This document shows positions 40,430 through 50,809 of a stretch of DNA of 64,000 nucleotides, one piece after another. Both the position numbers and the translations under genes were made by a program. Position 1 is the first letter of the stretch, and each line of letters begins with the position of its first letter. Below the pieces are notes generated by a model. The model saw nothing but the letters and a program-made list of their open reading frames with translations, was not told where the DNA came from and made no database searches. Source of the DNA: a bacterium (lineage in GTDB: Bacteria; Zhuqueibacterota; Zhuqueibacteria; Residuimicrobiales; Krinioviventaceae); contig CAXXFV010000023.1 in the NCBI GenBank assembly GCA_963674595.2, forward strand, positions 480,001 to 544,000, written 5' to 3'.

Positions 40430-41077
40430 CTATTTTTTTTGTAAAAATTTTATTTGTTGTTTAATCTCTTCTTGCAGTGTTTCGTAAAACTTGCCAACAT
40501 GAAGGCCGTCAATGAAAATATGGTTGACCTGAATATTATAAGGCAAAACTATTTTATCATTCAATTCGTAAAATTTACCCCAGGATATCCGGGGGATTGC
40601 ATCATCATTTTTTAAACTCAATGTGTGATCAATACCTGTGAACGGGATCCATGGGAGTGTAGAAATAAAAACAAAATCACTTCTGCCTATTAGCATGCTC
40701 AAATCAAAATATTTATCACTGTTTATAATTGCTTCTTTAATTATCTTGTCCATCTTGAAAATATCGTCACAATACTCGACAGAAATTAACCGGAACAATT
40801 CTTCATTATCCCGAAGACATGCAAAGGACGGATTTATCTTTTCATATTGGACGACTTGTCCGTTGTTGACTCTGTACAGGAAATTGTTAATTTTATTCAG
40901 TGTTTTTGTTGTTAGATATATTAAAGAATTATTTAAAGAAAGTCCATGTAATTTTGTCTGTTCTTTTAATCCAGTAATATCGACATTGAAATTGACATTA
41001 TAAAATGGCAGATCACTTTTGATAAAAAAATTGAAATGTTCTTTTCTGTCCCAATTATCTAAATTTATTTCTTTCAT
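40430..41077 (-). CDS. CatA-like chloramphenicol O-acetyltransferase
   Basis: WDRKEHFNFF, STLPWIPFT, PRISWGK, VNHIFIDGLH (HxxxDG); start moved to MKEINLD. Confidence 0.85.
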   Translation of the reverse strand: MKEINLDNWDRKEHFNFFIKSDLPFYNVNFNVDITGLKEQTKLHGLSLNNSLIYLTTKTLNKINNFLYRVNNGQVVQYEKINPSFACLRDNEELFRLISVEYCDDIFKMDKIIKEAIINSDKYFDLSMLIGRSDFVFISTLPWIPFTGIDHTLSLKNDDAIPRISWGKFYELNDKIVLPYNIQVNHIFIDGLHVGKFYETLQEEIKQQIKFLQKK

Positions 41078-41188
41078 TTTTAGTCCCAATAGTATATTGA
41101 GGCATAATTCTAGTTCTCTCTTTCTTTGAATTATTTTAAGTAAATAATACTCATTCTTTTGGGTTGGCACAAGAGATTTTTATGCTCT

Positions 41189-42697
41189 CTACCAGTCCTC
41201 CGGATAAAATCCTGCCCGTCGTTGTGTTGCGGTTTCATAAGCACACGTTACAACATGAAATGATTTTGTTTTTTCCGGTGGAATGGATATTTCTACTATT
41301 GTACCCGGATTGTGATAAATTTTATAACCAAAATAATCCGATTCTGAAATTTCATATCCGTCCAGACACAGATGGGTCGGCTCGGCATCAGGATAGGGGA
41401 TGAGAAGACGGAGAACAAGTCCGTTTTTGATGACCGGATCATCGACTGTCTCTGTTAAAAATAAAAGTTTTCCCACCAGGTAGGCCGGTATGGTTTTTAT
41501 AAATTCCTGAATCGACTTGACATTATAACCCGGTTTTTTGGACAGGTTTTCAGCCATTGTTTCGAGTTTGCGGTCACCGATTATTTCCGGGATTTCTGCC
41601 GGATCAGAAGCAAAAAATGCCATCATGGAACCGCGTGGTTCCGGCCAGGCAATTGAATAGGCAATTTGACCTGCTTTTTGCCAAAGTTCAACCCGACTGG
41701 CCCTTCGTTGCGCAGCCGTCCGGCCCCAGGCGGATACGGCCATGGACCCCCGGCAACCCACCTGGCTCACCGGATAACCCGGGTAGCGTTCACCCCGCCA
41801 AACCTGATGTCCCAGTTCCAATAAACGTTTTAAACGGACCACCGCACTCTCTTCGAAACCAATTTCCATGGTCATTCCGATTGTGTGCGCATAGTGGTAA
41901 GAATAGGCCGGAGGAATGACATGACCGCCACGCAGGTAAAAATGTTCATCAGCACCGGACACCGGTCCGGTTGCTAATAGTTTTCCATCACTTTTTTCGC
42001 CTTCTGTAATTAAAAAACCGGCCTTTTCAGCCGCTTCATTCATGAGTTTTGGTATTTCCGGATTAAAAGAACGAGAAAAACCTCCGGTCCAGGAAATGCC
42101 CGTGCTTTCCCACATTGTTTGTTCTTTTTTGCTGAATCCATGCAGATCAACATGAACCTCGGGCTGGTACTTTTCAATGACTTTTTGAAGCACGGCTGCC
42201 TCCGGATATTGTGCCGGATCGGAAATGCCGTTCCAGTCCCAGCCGTCATAGTAAATATCCCTGACACGTTTCCCCTGTTTATAACCTTCAGGATCATTGC
42301 AGGGCATTACTAATATGATCTGTTGTTTGCGAATTTCCTCTGCCGCAGCATCGTCGCTTAATAAAAATTTTGTAAAATGTAAAATACTGGTGACCCCATT
42401 CTTTTCTGTTGCCGCGTGACAGGTCGTAAGTAAAACAATTTGTTTGTTCTCATCGGCAACAGAAAAATCGGTGATTTTACACAATAAAATGTTATTCCCT
42501 TCCGGTGTTTTTCCGGCAGCAGTTACCTGAAAAATGTTTGGGTGATTTTGCTGCCATGTTAGCAATCCCTGTTCTATTTCAGCAAACGAAGGACATGGTA
42601 AATCTGTGTATTGGGGCTTTTCATCGGCGTACACATTTGTGCAAAGAAATACAAGTAAGAAAATCCGGGAAATAATATTGGCAGAACTTTTTATCAT
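41189..42697 (-). CDS. M14-like zinc carboxypeptidase
   Basis: HAATE (HxxE variant), NDPEGY, VDLHG, ME; signal peptide. Confidence 0.75.
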   Translation of the reverse strand: MIKSSANIISRIFLLVFLCTNVYADEKPQYTDLPCPSFAEIEQGLLTWQQNHPNIFQVTAAGKTPEGNNILLCKITDFSVADENKQIVLLTTCHAATEKNGVTSILHFTKFLLSDDAAAEEIRKQQIILVMPCNDPEGYKQGKRVRDIYYDGWDWNGISDPAQYPEAAVLQKVIEKYQPEVHVDLHGFSKKEQTMWESTGISWTGGFSRSFNPEIPKLMNEAAEKAGFLITEGEKSDGKLLATGPVSGADEHFYLRGGHVIPPAYSYHYAHTIGMTMEIGFEESAVVRLKRLLELGHQVWRGERYPGYPVSQVGCRGSMAVSAWGRTAAQRRASRVELWQKAGQIAYSIAWPEPRGSMMAFFASDPAEIPEIIGDRKLETMAENLSKKPGYNVKSIQEFIKTIPAYLVGKLLFLTETVDDPVIKNGLVLRLLIPYPDAEPTHLCLDGYEISESDYFGYKIYHNPGTIVEISIPPEKTKSFHVVTCAYETATQRRAGFYPEDW

Positions 42698-42859
42698 ACT
42701 GGTCCTTTCAGGTTTTGCTGGTTTTGTAATAATATTTACAAACAAGCTTTTGGTAAATTTATCTTGAAATTGTATGTTGGATCTGATTTATTATCAATTA
42801 AAAATTCTATTTATATCATTTGTCTGTGAAAACTTGTAAATGTTAAGGCCGGAAGACTA

Positions 42860-44392
42860 TTAATGACACCATGAGATCAGCTCTTTTAAATTTGTTTCAG
42901 CAGCCGGGTGTTCAATGAGTCCGGTGGCAGTCATACGATCTATAATTTCATCTTTTGAATGTTCATCCAAATGTTTAATATGTTTTTGCACCCAATTATA
43001 AACATGCCTTAGTGTAACCTCATTGGTGAATGTCCATTTATACTCCGAACCAAGATGTCCGCTGCCGACGTATCTGTGAACATCCCACCATTTCAGCATG
43101 GCTATTGCGGCCGATGAAATGAGATCGATTATCTCTACGGATGTGCCGGGTATTTTTTGGGTGTTACGCCCTACAGTTGTGTGGGACTCTGTAAATGCCG
43201 CCAGAACATCAAGGTACATGTGGGGACCGCCGGGCAGCCATTGTGCTGCCAGTGATTGCAGGGTACTGTTTCGAATTTTTCCCGGGAGATCAATTAAAGT
43301 AATATCCCAGGCTTTATTTGCCACAGATAACGCCGGAACCAGCACAGAGGGATCTCCGCCGAGGAATTCCGCATAGGAGACAAGCACCTCTTCGTCCGTA
43401 CGATCAAGCCATGTGGGATCAGCCGTGCATTGGGAAAAATAAAAAAGATTATGAAGCGCACAGATCGGCTGCTGGGCGTTTGCCATAATTCCTTTTACAA
43501 CCGATGCATTATAAAGCTCCTCACGGATAACCTGTCGAATCTGATCAAACTGCAGGACAAAAGCCGGGGGTGTAGGCTCCAGTTCAACACATTCATAGGT
43601 GAGCAGGGTGGACCGGTCCATAAGACCTGCGGTTTCGACAAGCTCAAAGTTAATGCGTTCGTTGGCCCGGTTCGGATTGCTGCGTCCCGGCAAAAGTTCC
43701 CACGGTCCATCCAATTTTGTTTCTTTAAAAGCCTCAATAAATGGCGCCACAGCTTTTCGCAAACTGTTGGTATCAGACCAGCCGTTTTCAGGATCTTGTC
43801 CCCAGCCGCACCATATCCAGGGAATGATTTTTTGTGGTGTATCGTTACCGACTGTGTTTAGAATTTTTCGTATATCATGCAGCATACGCATGAAATCCCC
43901 GGGCTGTGCCCCGGGATAACCACCCGGATCACCGTCGATAAAGACATAGCCATCTGCGTTATTCAAACAGCCTAACAGGTCACCAAGGTGTGATATATAT
44001 GTTTTATATTGTTTTTCATCATCAAATCTGAACACCTGTCTGTTCGGATAAAATACCCTCTCCTGCATCGGATTTTTACGAACATCTTTAGTCGTGCTGA
44101 CACTGGGGGTGAATACCAGCCAGCATTCCAATCCAAGGTCTGTGGCATTTTTTAAGACCTTGCGGAATTCTATCAGGTACGCGCGGTCCTGCGGGGACAA
44201 TGGCGGCGGGATAATCTCTGTCATGGGCCAAATCATCACCTTGTCCATTCCCATGGCTTGCAGTAACAGAAACATACTGTCGAAATCGTCATAACTCCAT
44301 CTGCGTACGGCAAATGGATATTTATACATCCAGCTTGCATGGAGATAAAAGCCCCGACCGGAGAATTTTTTATGAATTACTGGTTTTTCCAT
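42860..44392 (-). CDS. Hypothetical protein, possibly glycoside-hydrolase-like TIM barrel
   Basis: Long ORF in operon context; RGFYLH..W and IDGDPGGYP motifs; no confident family. Confidence 0.6.
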   Translation of the reverse strand: MEKPVIHKKFSGRGFYLHASWMYKYPFAVRRWSYDDFDSMFLLLQAMGMDKVMIWPMTEIIPPPLSPQDRAYLIEFRKVLKNATDLGLECWLVFTPSVSTTKDVRKNPMQERVFYPNRQVFRFDDEKQYKTYISHLGDLLGCLNNADGYVFIDGDPGGYPGAQPGDFMRMLHDIRKILNTVGNDTPQKIIPWIWCGWGQDPENGWSDTNSLRKAVAPFIEAFKETKLDGPWELLPGRSNPNRANERINFELVETAGLMDRSTLLTYECVELEPTPPAFVLQFDQIRQVIREELYNASVVKGIMANAQQPICALHNLFYFSQCTADPTWLDRTDEEVLVSYAEFLGGDPSVLVPALSVANKAWDITLIDLPGKIRNSTLQSLAAQWLPGGPHMYLDVLAAFTESHTTVGRNTQKIPGTSVEIIDLISSAAIAMLKWWDVHRYVGSGHLGSEYKWTFTNEVTLRHVYNWVQKHIKHLDEHSKDEIIDRMTATGLIEHPAAETNLKELISWCH

Positions 44393-44402
44393 TTTGTATC
44401 TT

Positions 44403-45047
44403 TTAGCAGTTGATGGTGGAATTTTTTTTATGCCATATTGTCAGCACTGCCCAGCCGACACACAGATGTGCCAGATAGTACGTTGGCAGTATCAACCGGC
44501 TAAGGACATGCATATCAAGAAAATCAGTGAACGCAATGATTGTGTCAGAGAATACAATCAGTCCCATGGCTGCAACATAGGCCCATTTGGCCCGGGCCGG
44601 TGCTTGCATTCCACAGGCTGCTGCAAAAACAAGGCAGGAGATTAAAAGATACAAAAGTACCGCAATAGAGAGTCCTGAATTATGAATAGCCGGATGGAGC
44701 CAGCACTTATAAAATGGCAGGTAGACGGCCAGGAACCCGCTAAACACCCGCCAATTCGGACGCCCGTAGCGTAGTGCAAAACCCAGGTATCCGATATGCG
44801 CACAGAAAAAAAGAATTACTCCGGCGAGAAAAAAGGAGACACGTCCGGCCCGCATGGACAGGAACCAGTCCCCGGCTGCGGAAAAGCAAAGCGCTATAAT
44901 CACCCAGCTTATGTCACGGACTTTATCACGCAGGAACCACAGTAAAACGGCTGCGCAACTGAGCGGCACACCCAGTTTTGCAAAGATATTCCCCGTCATC
45001 AGGGCAACAACGGCCAGTCCGGCCGGAATTATTAGATAAAAAAACAT
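44403..45047 (-). CDS. YhhN / lysoplasmalogenase family membrane protein
   Basis: FSAAGDWFL, FFCAHIGY, FSDTIIA, TYYLAH. Confidence 0.88.
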   Translation of the reverse strand: MFFYLIIPAGLAVVALMTGNIFAKLGVPLSCAAVLLWFLRDKVRDISWVIIALCFSAAGDWFLSMRAGRVSFFLAGVILFFCAHIGYLGFALRYGRPNWRVFSGFLAVYLPFYKCWLHPAIHNSGLSIAVLLYLLISCLVFAAACGMQAPARAKWAYVAAMGLIVFSDTIIAFTDFLDMHVLSRLILPTYYLAHLCVGWAVLTIWHKKNSTINC

Positions 45048-45053
45048 AATATG

Positions 45054-46052
45054 CTAGTTTGTTATATATTCTTTGTATTTACTTTTTCTTAAAACTTCCA
45101 TAGGCTCGATATCTATCAAACTCTGAGGATTCTCTTCAGGATATTGTCCCATATATTTTTTAACAATATTATAGCCAATACAGTATCCGCTTGAATAGGG
45201 AATGATATGATCTCCAACCATAATTCGTTCATTTAATTTTTCATCTCTTGAATCAAGTTTGTTTTTAATAATATCCCACACTATTTTTTCTTTTTCCTTG
45301 CTCAAATTAGAGTTCCAGGGAACGGTTATGTCCGGGTAGAGTGTTTTTGCAAAAGCATCGGCGCGGCCCTCAAAAACCAAATATTCTATAACGCTGAGGT
45401 CTTTTCTCTTGAAATTTTTGGACATCCAAACACTGTGATGGTATTCGTGGGCCAGAACAAAATTTAAAATGGTCTCCCAGCCTTTTTCCAACGGATCAAT
45501 TGAAATAATGAGAATTCCTGAACCGGGAGTTATGGCTGTAACACCCGTGTACATAAAACCTAAATTGTGTTTTTTATACAATCCTTTCATATCCGGATTC
45601 ATTGGAAGCAAAACAATAGTCGTGTTTGGTCCGGGCAAGTTTTTACATATATTTTTAAATGTTAAAGATATTTGAGAAATAATTTCTGAATTTTCAAGAG
45701 CTGTAATTTCTTCTTTTAATGCCTGAGCATTTTTACTTGATTGGTTGATTGATTCCAATATATCTGAAAATTCAGAGTTTTTCACAAATTGTTCTTTAAT
45801 TGGTTTGAAAATAAATTTATTATAAAGGGCTGTCGAATTATTTGGTTCTTTTTCCAAAGCAGATATAAACGTGTCCATCTGCCGGTACATCGGGATGATT
45901 TTTAATTCTTGTTTATCATAAACAGAATCTATCGACGAATATTGTATGTTATTTTGTTGATGTTTACAAGAGGTGTTAATGACCAGGAAAAGACAGACCA
46001 GTAAAATTTTAAAACTATCTATCATAACGAACCTCTGGTTAAATTTAATCAA
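45054..46052 (-). CDS. DUF2268 putative Zn-dependent protease lipoprotein
   Basis: AHEYHH, EGRADAFA, GYCIGY; lipobox TSC. Confidence 0.85.
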   Translation of the reverse strand: MIKFNQRFVMIDSFKILLVCLFLVINTSCKHQQNNIQYSSIDSVYDKQELKIIPMYRQMDTFISALEKEPNNSTALYNKFIFKPIKEQFVKNSEFSDILESINQSSKNAQALKEEITALENSEIISQISLTFKNICKNLPGPNTTIVLLPMNPDMKGLYKKHNLGFMYTGVTAITPGSGILIISIDPLEKGWETILNFVLAHEYHHSVWMSKNFKRKDLSVIEYLVFEGRADAFAKTLYPDITVPWNSNLSKEKEKIVWDIIKNKLDSRDEKLNERIMVGDHIIPYSSGYCIGYNIVKKYMGQYPEENPQSLIDIEPMEVLRKSKYKEYITN

Positions 46053-46091
46053 TTCCCTGTGATGAGTATAATTAACATTTTCTGCTTTATT

Positions 46092-47159
46092 TTAGTTACA
46101 ATTAAAGCCTTCTAAAAATTTTATATGGGCTTTAATCTCTTTATCATCTGTTTTTTTGCCGATATTTTTCATAGTGCTTTTATAAAGTCTAAAGTTTTTT
46201 TTGCTTGAATAATCTATAAATTTATTGGAAATATCTCCCGAAACATCCAGGTCAATGTCCATCATCTTGTGATTATTTCGGCACTGGAAATCTAAATGAG
46301 TAACGTCCAAATATCGTCTTTTTTTATTTTCTTTGGTTATAAAATATATTTTCATTTCAGATTGATCAAAAACGAGGCGCCATAAAGACTCTGGTGAACC
46401 CTGAATTTTTAAAAGTGTGTCGAATAATATATTAATCCCCTCTTTAAGGTTAATACAGTTCAAGTTTGTAATATCTTTGGCGGCTGTTACGAATCGTTTT
46501 GTTGTAATATAATTGAAAATATTATTTATTTGAGGTAAAGTCTGGTTTTTATAATGTGCAAGACAATTCGAATAGGATTGGTTGGTTACAACATGTATCG
46601 GCAAGGATTCGTTTTCGTAAATTATAACTTTATGATTCCTGAACTCAATCACCATGGATTGGTTATATTTATCACAAATGATGTAACGGTCAATCCCGGG
46701 TATAATTCTGATTTCTTTTAAAGTTTGTTTTACCTGTTCAACATTTTCGCAAACATCCAAAATATATTGGACCCAAAAATTACCGATCATCGACGGACGG
46801 TCATCTGGTTCAGGGCCTTTTGTTTCAGGATTTGAAACAGTGCTTACAACAAGTCCCTGCTCATTCATGCCATATTGAGCATATTCTTTACAGACAAGAT
46901 TGAACGTTATGCTGCCGTATTTGGAAATCCAGTGTTTGTCTTGCTTCCCGTTGTTATAAAGGTCCGTTTGTTTTGATACGTTTCGATAATTAATAAATAT
47001 CAATCCATCCCAGTCTCCCTCACCGTCCAGATTTGCGCCCATAATAAAGTACTTGCCGTAATTAATCCAAATGCTTGAACACGCTGTGGCTGATGTTGTA
47101 AAGGAAATTATGGTTATAATGATGAAAATAATTTTATTAATCATTCGTTTAATTTGCAT
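46092..47159 (-). CDS. Linear amide C-N hydrolase (choloylglycine hydrolase/penicillin V acylase family)
   Basis: Signal peptide then nucleophile Cys (ACS), GANLD, WISKYGS, GMNEQGL, TN, RF. Confidence 0.85.
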   Translation of the reverse strand: MQIKRMINKIIFIIITIISFTTSATACSSIWINYGKYFIMGANLDGEGDWDGLIFINYRNVSKQTDLYNNGKQDKHWISKYGSITFNLVCKEYAQYGMNEQGLVVSTVSNPETKGPEPDDRPSMIGNFWVQYILDVCENVEQVKQTLKEIRIIPGIDRYIICDKYNQSMVIEFRNHKVIIYENESLPIHVVTNQSYSNCLAHYKNQTLPQINNIFNYITTKRFVTAAKDITNLNCINLKEGINILFDTLLKIQGSPESLWRLVFDQSEMKIYFITKENKKRRYLDVTHLDFQCRNNHKMMDIDLDVSGDISNKFIDYSSKKNFRLYKSTMKNIGKKTDDKEIKAHIKFLEGFNCN

Positions 47160-47193
47160 GTAGCCTTTAATAAGGGTTGCTGGTCAGGTTTTA

Positions 47194-48837
47194 TTATTTT
47201 TCTCCGGCCAAAACTTCTGCAATGTTAAATGCATGATCTTTAATTCTTCTATAGGCGTTTAGCATATCCAGATAGTTCAGGCTGTGTAACGGTGATGTTT
47301 CATTGTTTTCCAACCGGCTTAGGTGGTTGGATCGAACCAGTTTTACTCTATGCGTAATTGAATTACCGTTTGTTAATGCTTTTGACAGAATTTCGGTATT
47401 ATTTATTTCAACCGCTTTTTTAATTTTATCCAAATATTTTGATACCATATCATGCAATTCAAGCATGTCTTTGAGCCCGCGTTTATTAAATGACAATCCG
47501 TCATTTCGCAACCGGCAGCGTAACTTTAAAATTGTTTCAATATAATCGCTGATGGATTCATATTCGTCCGCTATACGCATTTGTATTCTTGCTTCATTTA
47601 CAATGCTGGTTACAAGACTACCGGCAAGCATTTTGCCGATAAATTCTACTATTTCTTTTTGTAAGATATCGAGCTGTTTTTCTTTGTGAAATATTTTATT
47701 GTCACGGGCTTTATTTTCATTTTCTTCCTGAATAGATTCCCGCAGCAATACCATCATTTCTTTGATTTCCAGTGCCATATTATTAATAGCCTGATACGAT
47801 TGTTGAATGCCTATTGTGGGTGTTTCAGACATACCAACATCAAAATAGGTTAAATGTAGTTTTTCTTTATATCTTTTCTCCGGGATAATGTTTTGAATCA
47901 TCCAAACTATGATTTTGGTGGATGGTAAAAATAGACTTACTAAAATTATATTAAATCCCGTATGAGAAAAGGCTATTCTGGCGGCTATAGGTCCATTTTC
48001 AGGCAATATCCATTTTAGGAAGGAAATATAGTAAAAAAAGAAGGGCAGCATGATAAAAACACCGAGTATTTTTATCATGATATGTGTAAAAGCTGTCCGC
48101 CTGGCAACCGTTGCTGCACCAAGAGAGGCAAGAAATGCAGTAATAGTTGTGCCGATATTTTCACCAAGCACTAAAGCAACGGCTGTATCATATCCAATTG
48201 CGCCTGTTTGAGCCAGGCTAATTGTAATTGCGACAGTAGCTGATGAAGATTGTACAATTGCTGTGACCAAGGCACCAACAAGTACACATTTTATAACTCC
48301 CAGATAGCTGTTTGGTTCAAAACGTGAGAACAGGTTCCAAACTTCAGGCATGTCTCGCAAAAACGAAAGGCTTTCCTTCATAATCTCAAGACCAAAGAAA
48401 ATCATACCCAAGCCAACTACCATTATTGCCGTATAGCGGAGCTGTTCTTTTTTGGCGAATAAATAGAAAAATACGGATATGCCTAAAATTGGCAAGCCGT
48501 AATCAGCAATTTTTAAAGAGATAATCCATGCTGTAATCGTCGTACCAATATCAGCTCCCAGAATAACGCCAACTGATTGCCGAAGGGTCATTAAACCGGC
48601 GTTAACCATGCCGACAACCATAACCGTCGTTACTGAACTTGATTGAATAAGTGCGGTAACCGCCGCTCCAATGCCACAGGCCATCAAACGGTTATCCGTT
48701 ATTTTATTGATCATCGCCCTTAACTTGTCACCGGCCACCACTTGCATGCCATCTGACATGTTTTTCATACCGAGAAGAAATATCCCCAAACCACCAATGA
48801 CACCCAGAGTCATTTGAATAAATACTGTCAGTTCCAC
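47194..48837 (-). CDS. Na/Pi cotransporter with PhoU domains
   Basis: Two QSSS repeats, GADIGTT/GENIGTT, ESISDY and RRIKDHAFNIAE. Confidence 0.93.
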   Translation of the reverse strand: MELTVFIQMTLGVIGGLGIFLLGMKNMSDGMQVVAGDKLRAMINKITDNRLMACGIGAAVTALIQSSSVTTVMVVGMVNAGLMTLRQSVGVILGADIGTTITAWIISLKIADYGLPILGISVFFYLFAKKEQLRYTAIMVVGLGMIFFGLEIMKESLSFLRDMPEVWNLFSRFEPNSYLGVIKCVLVGALVTAIVQSSSATVAITISLAQTGAIGYDTAVALVLGENIGTTITAFLASLGAATVARRTAFTHIMIKILGVFIMLPFFFYYISFLKWILPENGPIAARIAFSHTGFNIILVSLFLPSTKIIVWMIQNIIPEKRYKEKLHLTYFDVGMSETPTIGIQQSYQAINNMALEIKEMMVLLRESIQEENENKARDNKIFHKEKQLDILQKEIVEFIGKMLAGSLVTSIVNEARIQMRIADEYESISDYIETILKLRCRLRNDGLSFNKRGLKDMLELHDMVSKYLDKIKKAVEINNTEILSKALTNGNSITHRVKLVRSNHLSRLENNETSPLHSLNYLDMLNAYRRIKDHAFNIAEVLAGEK

Positions 48838-49446
48838 TTAAATATCCTTGTTTTATAAATGTTTGTTGTGTATGGCAACAGTTAAAGCAACTTGACGATC
48901 AATTTATTACTCGCCGTAACTATGCGAAATTTTTTAAGGAACATGCAATAAAAGTTCGTTTAAAAATATCGGCACTAACATACGTACAGATTGTAAAAAA
49001 AATATTAATCAATTTTCAAGCAGGGTGCCAACCGGTTTTTAAATTCAGTTCGTCGGCCTTGTTTTTTTTGTGTTAAGGAGTCACTGTATTTGTTGAATGA
49101 AATACTTGTTAACAGTAAGCCTTTCAGGAAAAAAGTCATGGATGTTAACGTCTGAAATTACATAATGTTTTAGAAATATAAAAGAAATTAATCTAATAAA
49201 TTACAAATATTCTTTTTGGTGTGATGGTTGATTTTTTTGTTATGCTGGAAACAAGGAAACCAGGTAGATTAGGTTGTTGTATGCGATGATTTTTTTGAGA
49301 ATAACAACCGCCTGAAGAATTTAAAAGGGGTTCTTGTAAGCCCGATGGTTAACAACAATCTGTTGTAAAATTGACTTGGAATTTTGTTTAAATAAATGTA
49401 AATTTTACGACTAAATATGATAACATAACAGAAGGAGGACATTTTT

Positions 49447-49584
49447 ATGAAGAATACAAATTTGGAGAGTGTGCGATACTTTTTGGGAGAAAATTTTTAT
49501 AAATCTAACAATCGAATATTATCGCATGGAGATAAAAATGTCAACATTGGAAAAGAATCCAAAAGATATAAACAATATTTCTGA
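49447..49584 (+). CDS. Putative 45-aa leader peptide overlapping the rsgA start
   Basis: AGGAGG RBS then ATG; MKNTNLESVRYFLGENFYKSNNRILSHGDKNVNIGKESKRYKQYF*; below the ORF-track cutoff. Confidence 0.45.
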   Translation: MKNTNLESVRYFLGENFYKSNNRILSHGDKNVNIGKESKRYKQYF

Positions 49585-50662
49585 AAGGAATAAAACAGAA
49601 TTTTTAAATAATTTAGGATTCGATGAGTGGTTTGAATCCCAAGGCCAGGAATATATCAAAGACGATTTTTCTTTCGCCAGAATTATTGAAGTAAATAAAA
49701 ATAATTACAAAATCAGTGATGGACAGCATGAAATATTTGCTGAACTATCAGGCAAGTTTTTATTTACGATTGAAAAAAGTACAGACTATCCAACCGTGGG
49801 TGATTGGGTAGTTGTGCAATGTTTTGATGATTATTCTATGGCAATTATCCATCATATCCTGCCTCGAAAATCATTGTTAAAGCGCAAAGATCCCGGCAAG
49901 GCGGTCGAGTTTCAACTGATTGCAGCAAATATAGATTATGCTTTTATCATGCAATCTGCTGATGCCAATTTTAATTTGAATCGCCTGGAACGGTATTTTG
50001 TTATGATTAATGAAAGCAAAATCCAGCCGATTATTGTGCTGAGCAAAACTGATTTAATATCTGAAAAAGAACTCTCTGAAATAAAAGAGAGTATCGATCG
50101 TTTTAACAACAAATACCTCTTTTTGCCGATCAGTAATTTGAACGGTGATGGTCTGGATACCTTGAAAAAGGAACTTGTTCCAAATAAAACCTACTGTCTT
50201 TTAGGTTCCTCTGGTGTCGGTAAAACAACCTTGTTTAACAGATTACTCGGAGAGCAACGGTTCGACGTGAATGAGGTCCGGGAAAAAGACAGTAAAGGCA
50301 GACACACAACCGTCAGACGGCAGCTTGTCCGTTTGGAATCAGGAAGTATATTTATCGATACGCCCGGAATGAGAGAACTCGGTAACTTTTCTGTTGAAGC
50401 CGGGTTGGAAGAAACGTTTGACGAAATTGTTTCTTTCGGAAGGCAATGCCGCTTTAGTGACTGCACGCATATCCATGAAAAAGGGTGTGCTGTAATAGAA
50501 GCTGTTGAAAAGGGCCTTATCGATAAGGATAGATATGATAACTATCTCCAGATTCAAAAAGAAGCATCCTATTACGAGATGTCATATCTGGACAAACAAA
50601 AAAAAGACAAATCATTAAGCAAACTGATTAAAAATTACAAAAAAATAACCAGAAAAAAATAA
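49538..50662 (+). CDS. rsgA: Ribosome small subunit-dependent GTPase A
   Basis: PTVGDWV, SKTDL, GSSGVGKT, GRHTT, DTPGMRE, CRFSDCTHIHEKGC; GGAG RBS before ATG 49538. Confidence 0.95.
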   Translation: MSTLEKNPKDINNISERNKTEFLNNLGFDEWFESQGQEYIKDDFSFARIIEVNKNNYKISDGQHEIFAELSGKFLFTIEKSTDYPTVGDWVVVQCFDDYSMAIIHHILPRKSLLKRKDPGKAVEFQLIAANIDYAFIMQSADANFNLNRLERYFVMINESKIQPIIVLSKTDLISEKELSEIKESIDRFNNKYLFLPISNLNGDGLDTLKKELVPNKTYCLLGSSGVGKTTLFNRLLGEQRFDVNEVREKDSKGRHTTVRRQLVRLESGSIFIDTPGMRELGNFSVEAGLEETFDEIVSFGRQCRFSDCTHIHEKGCAVIEAVEKGLIDKDRYDNYLQIQKEASYYEMSYLDKQKKDKSLSKLIKNYKKITRKK

Positions 50663-50809
50663 GCATCATATAGTGCTTACAGTGGTGGCTGGGCAAATAT
50701 GAAAATCATACTTTATTTGGAAACAGATTTTTCCAATATAATGTCCGGCCGCGTTTCATATTTAATTATTTTGGTTATGAAAAATTGAATTTAAAGAGGA
50801 TATTTTGAA

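Noticed and set aside
49140-49210. Pho box upstream of the Na/Pi cotransporter
   Set aside because: Only weak AT-rich periodicity, not distinguishable from background.
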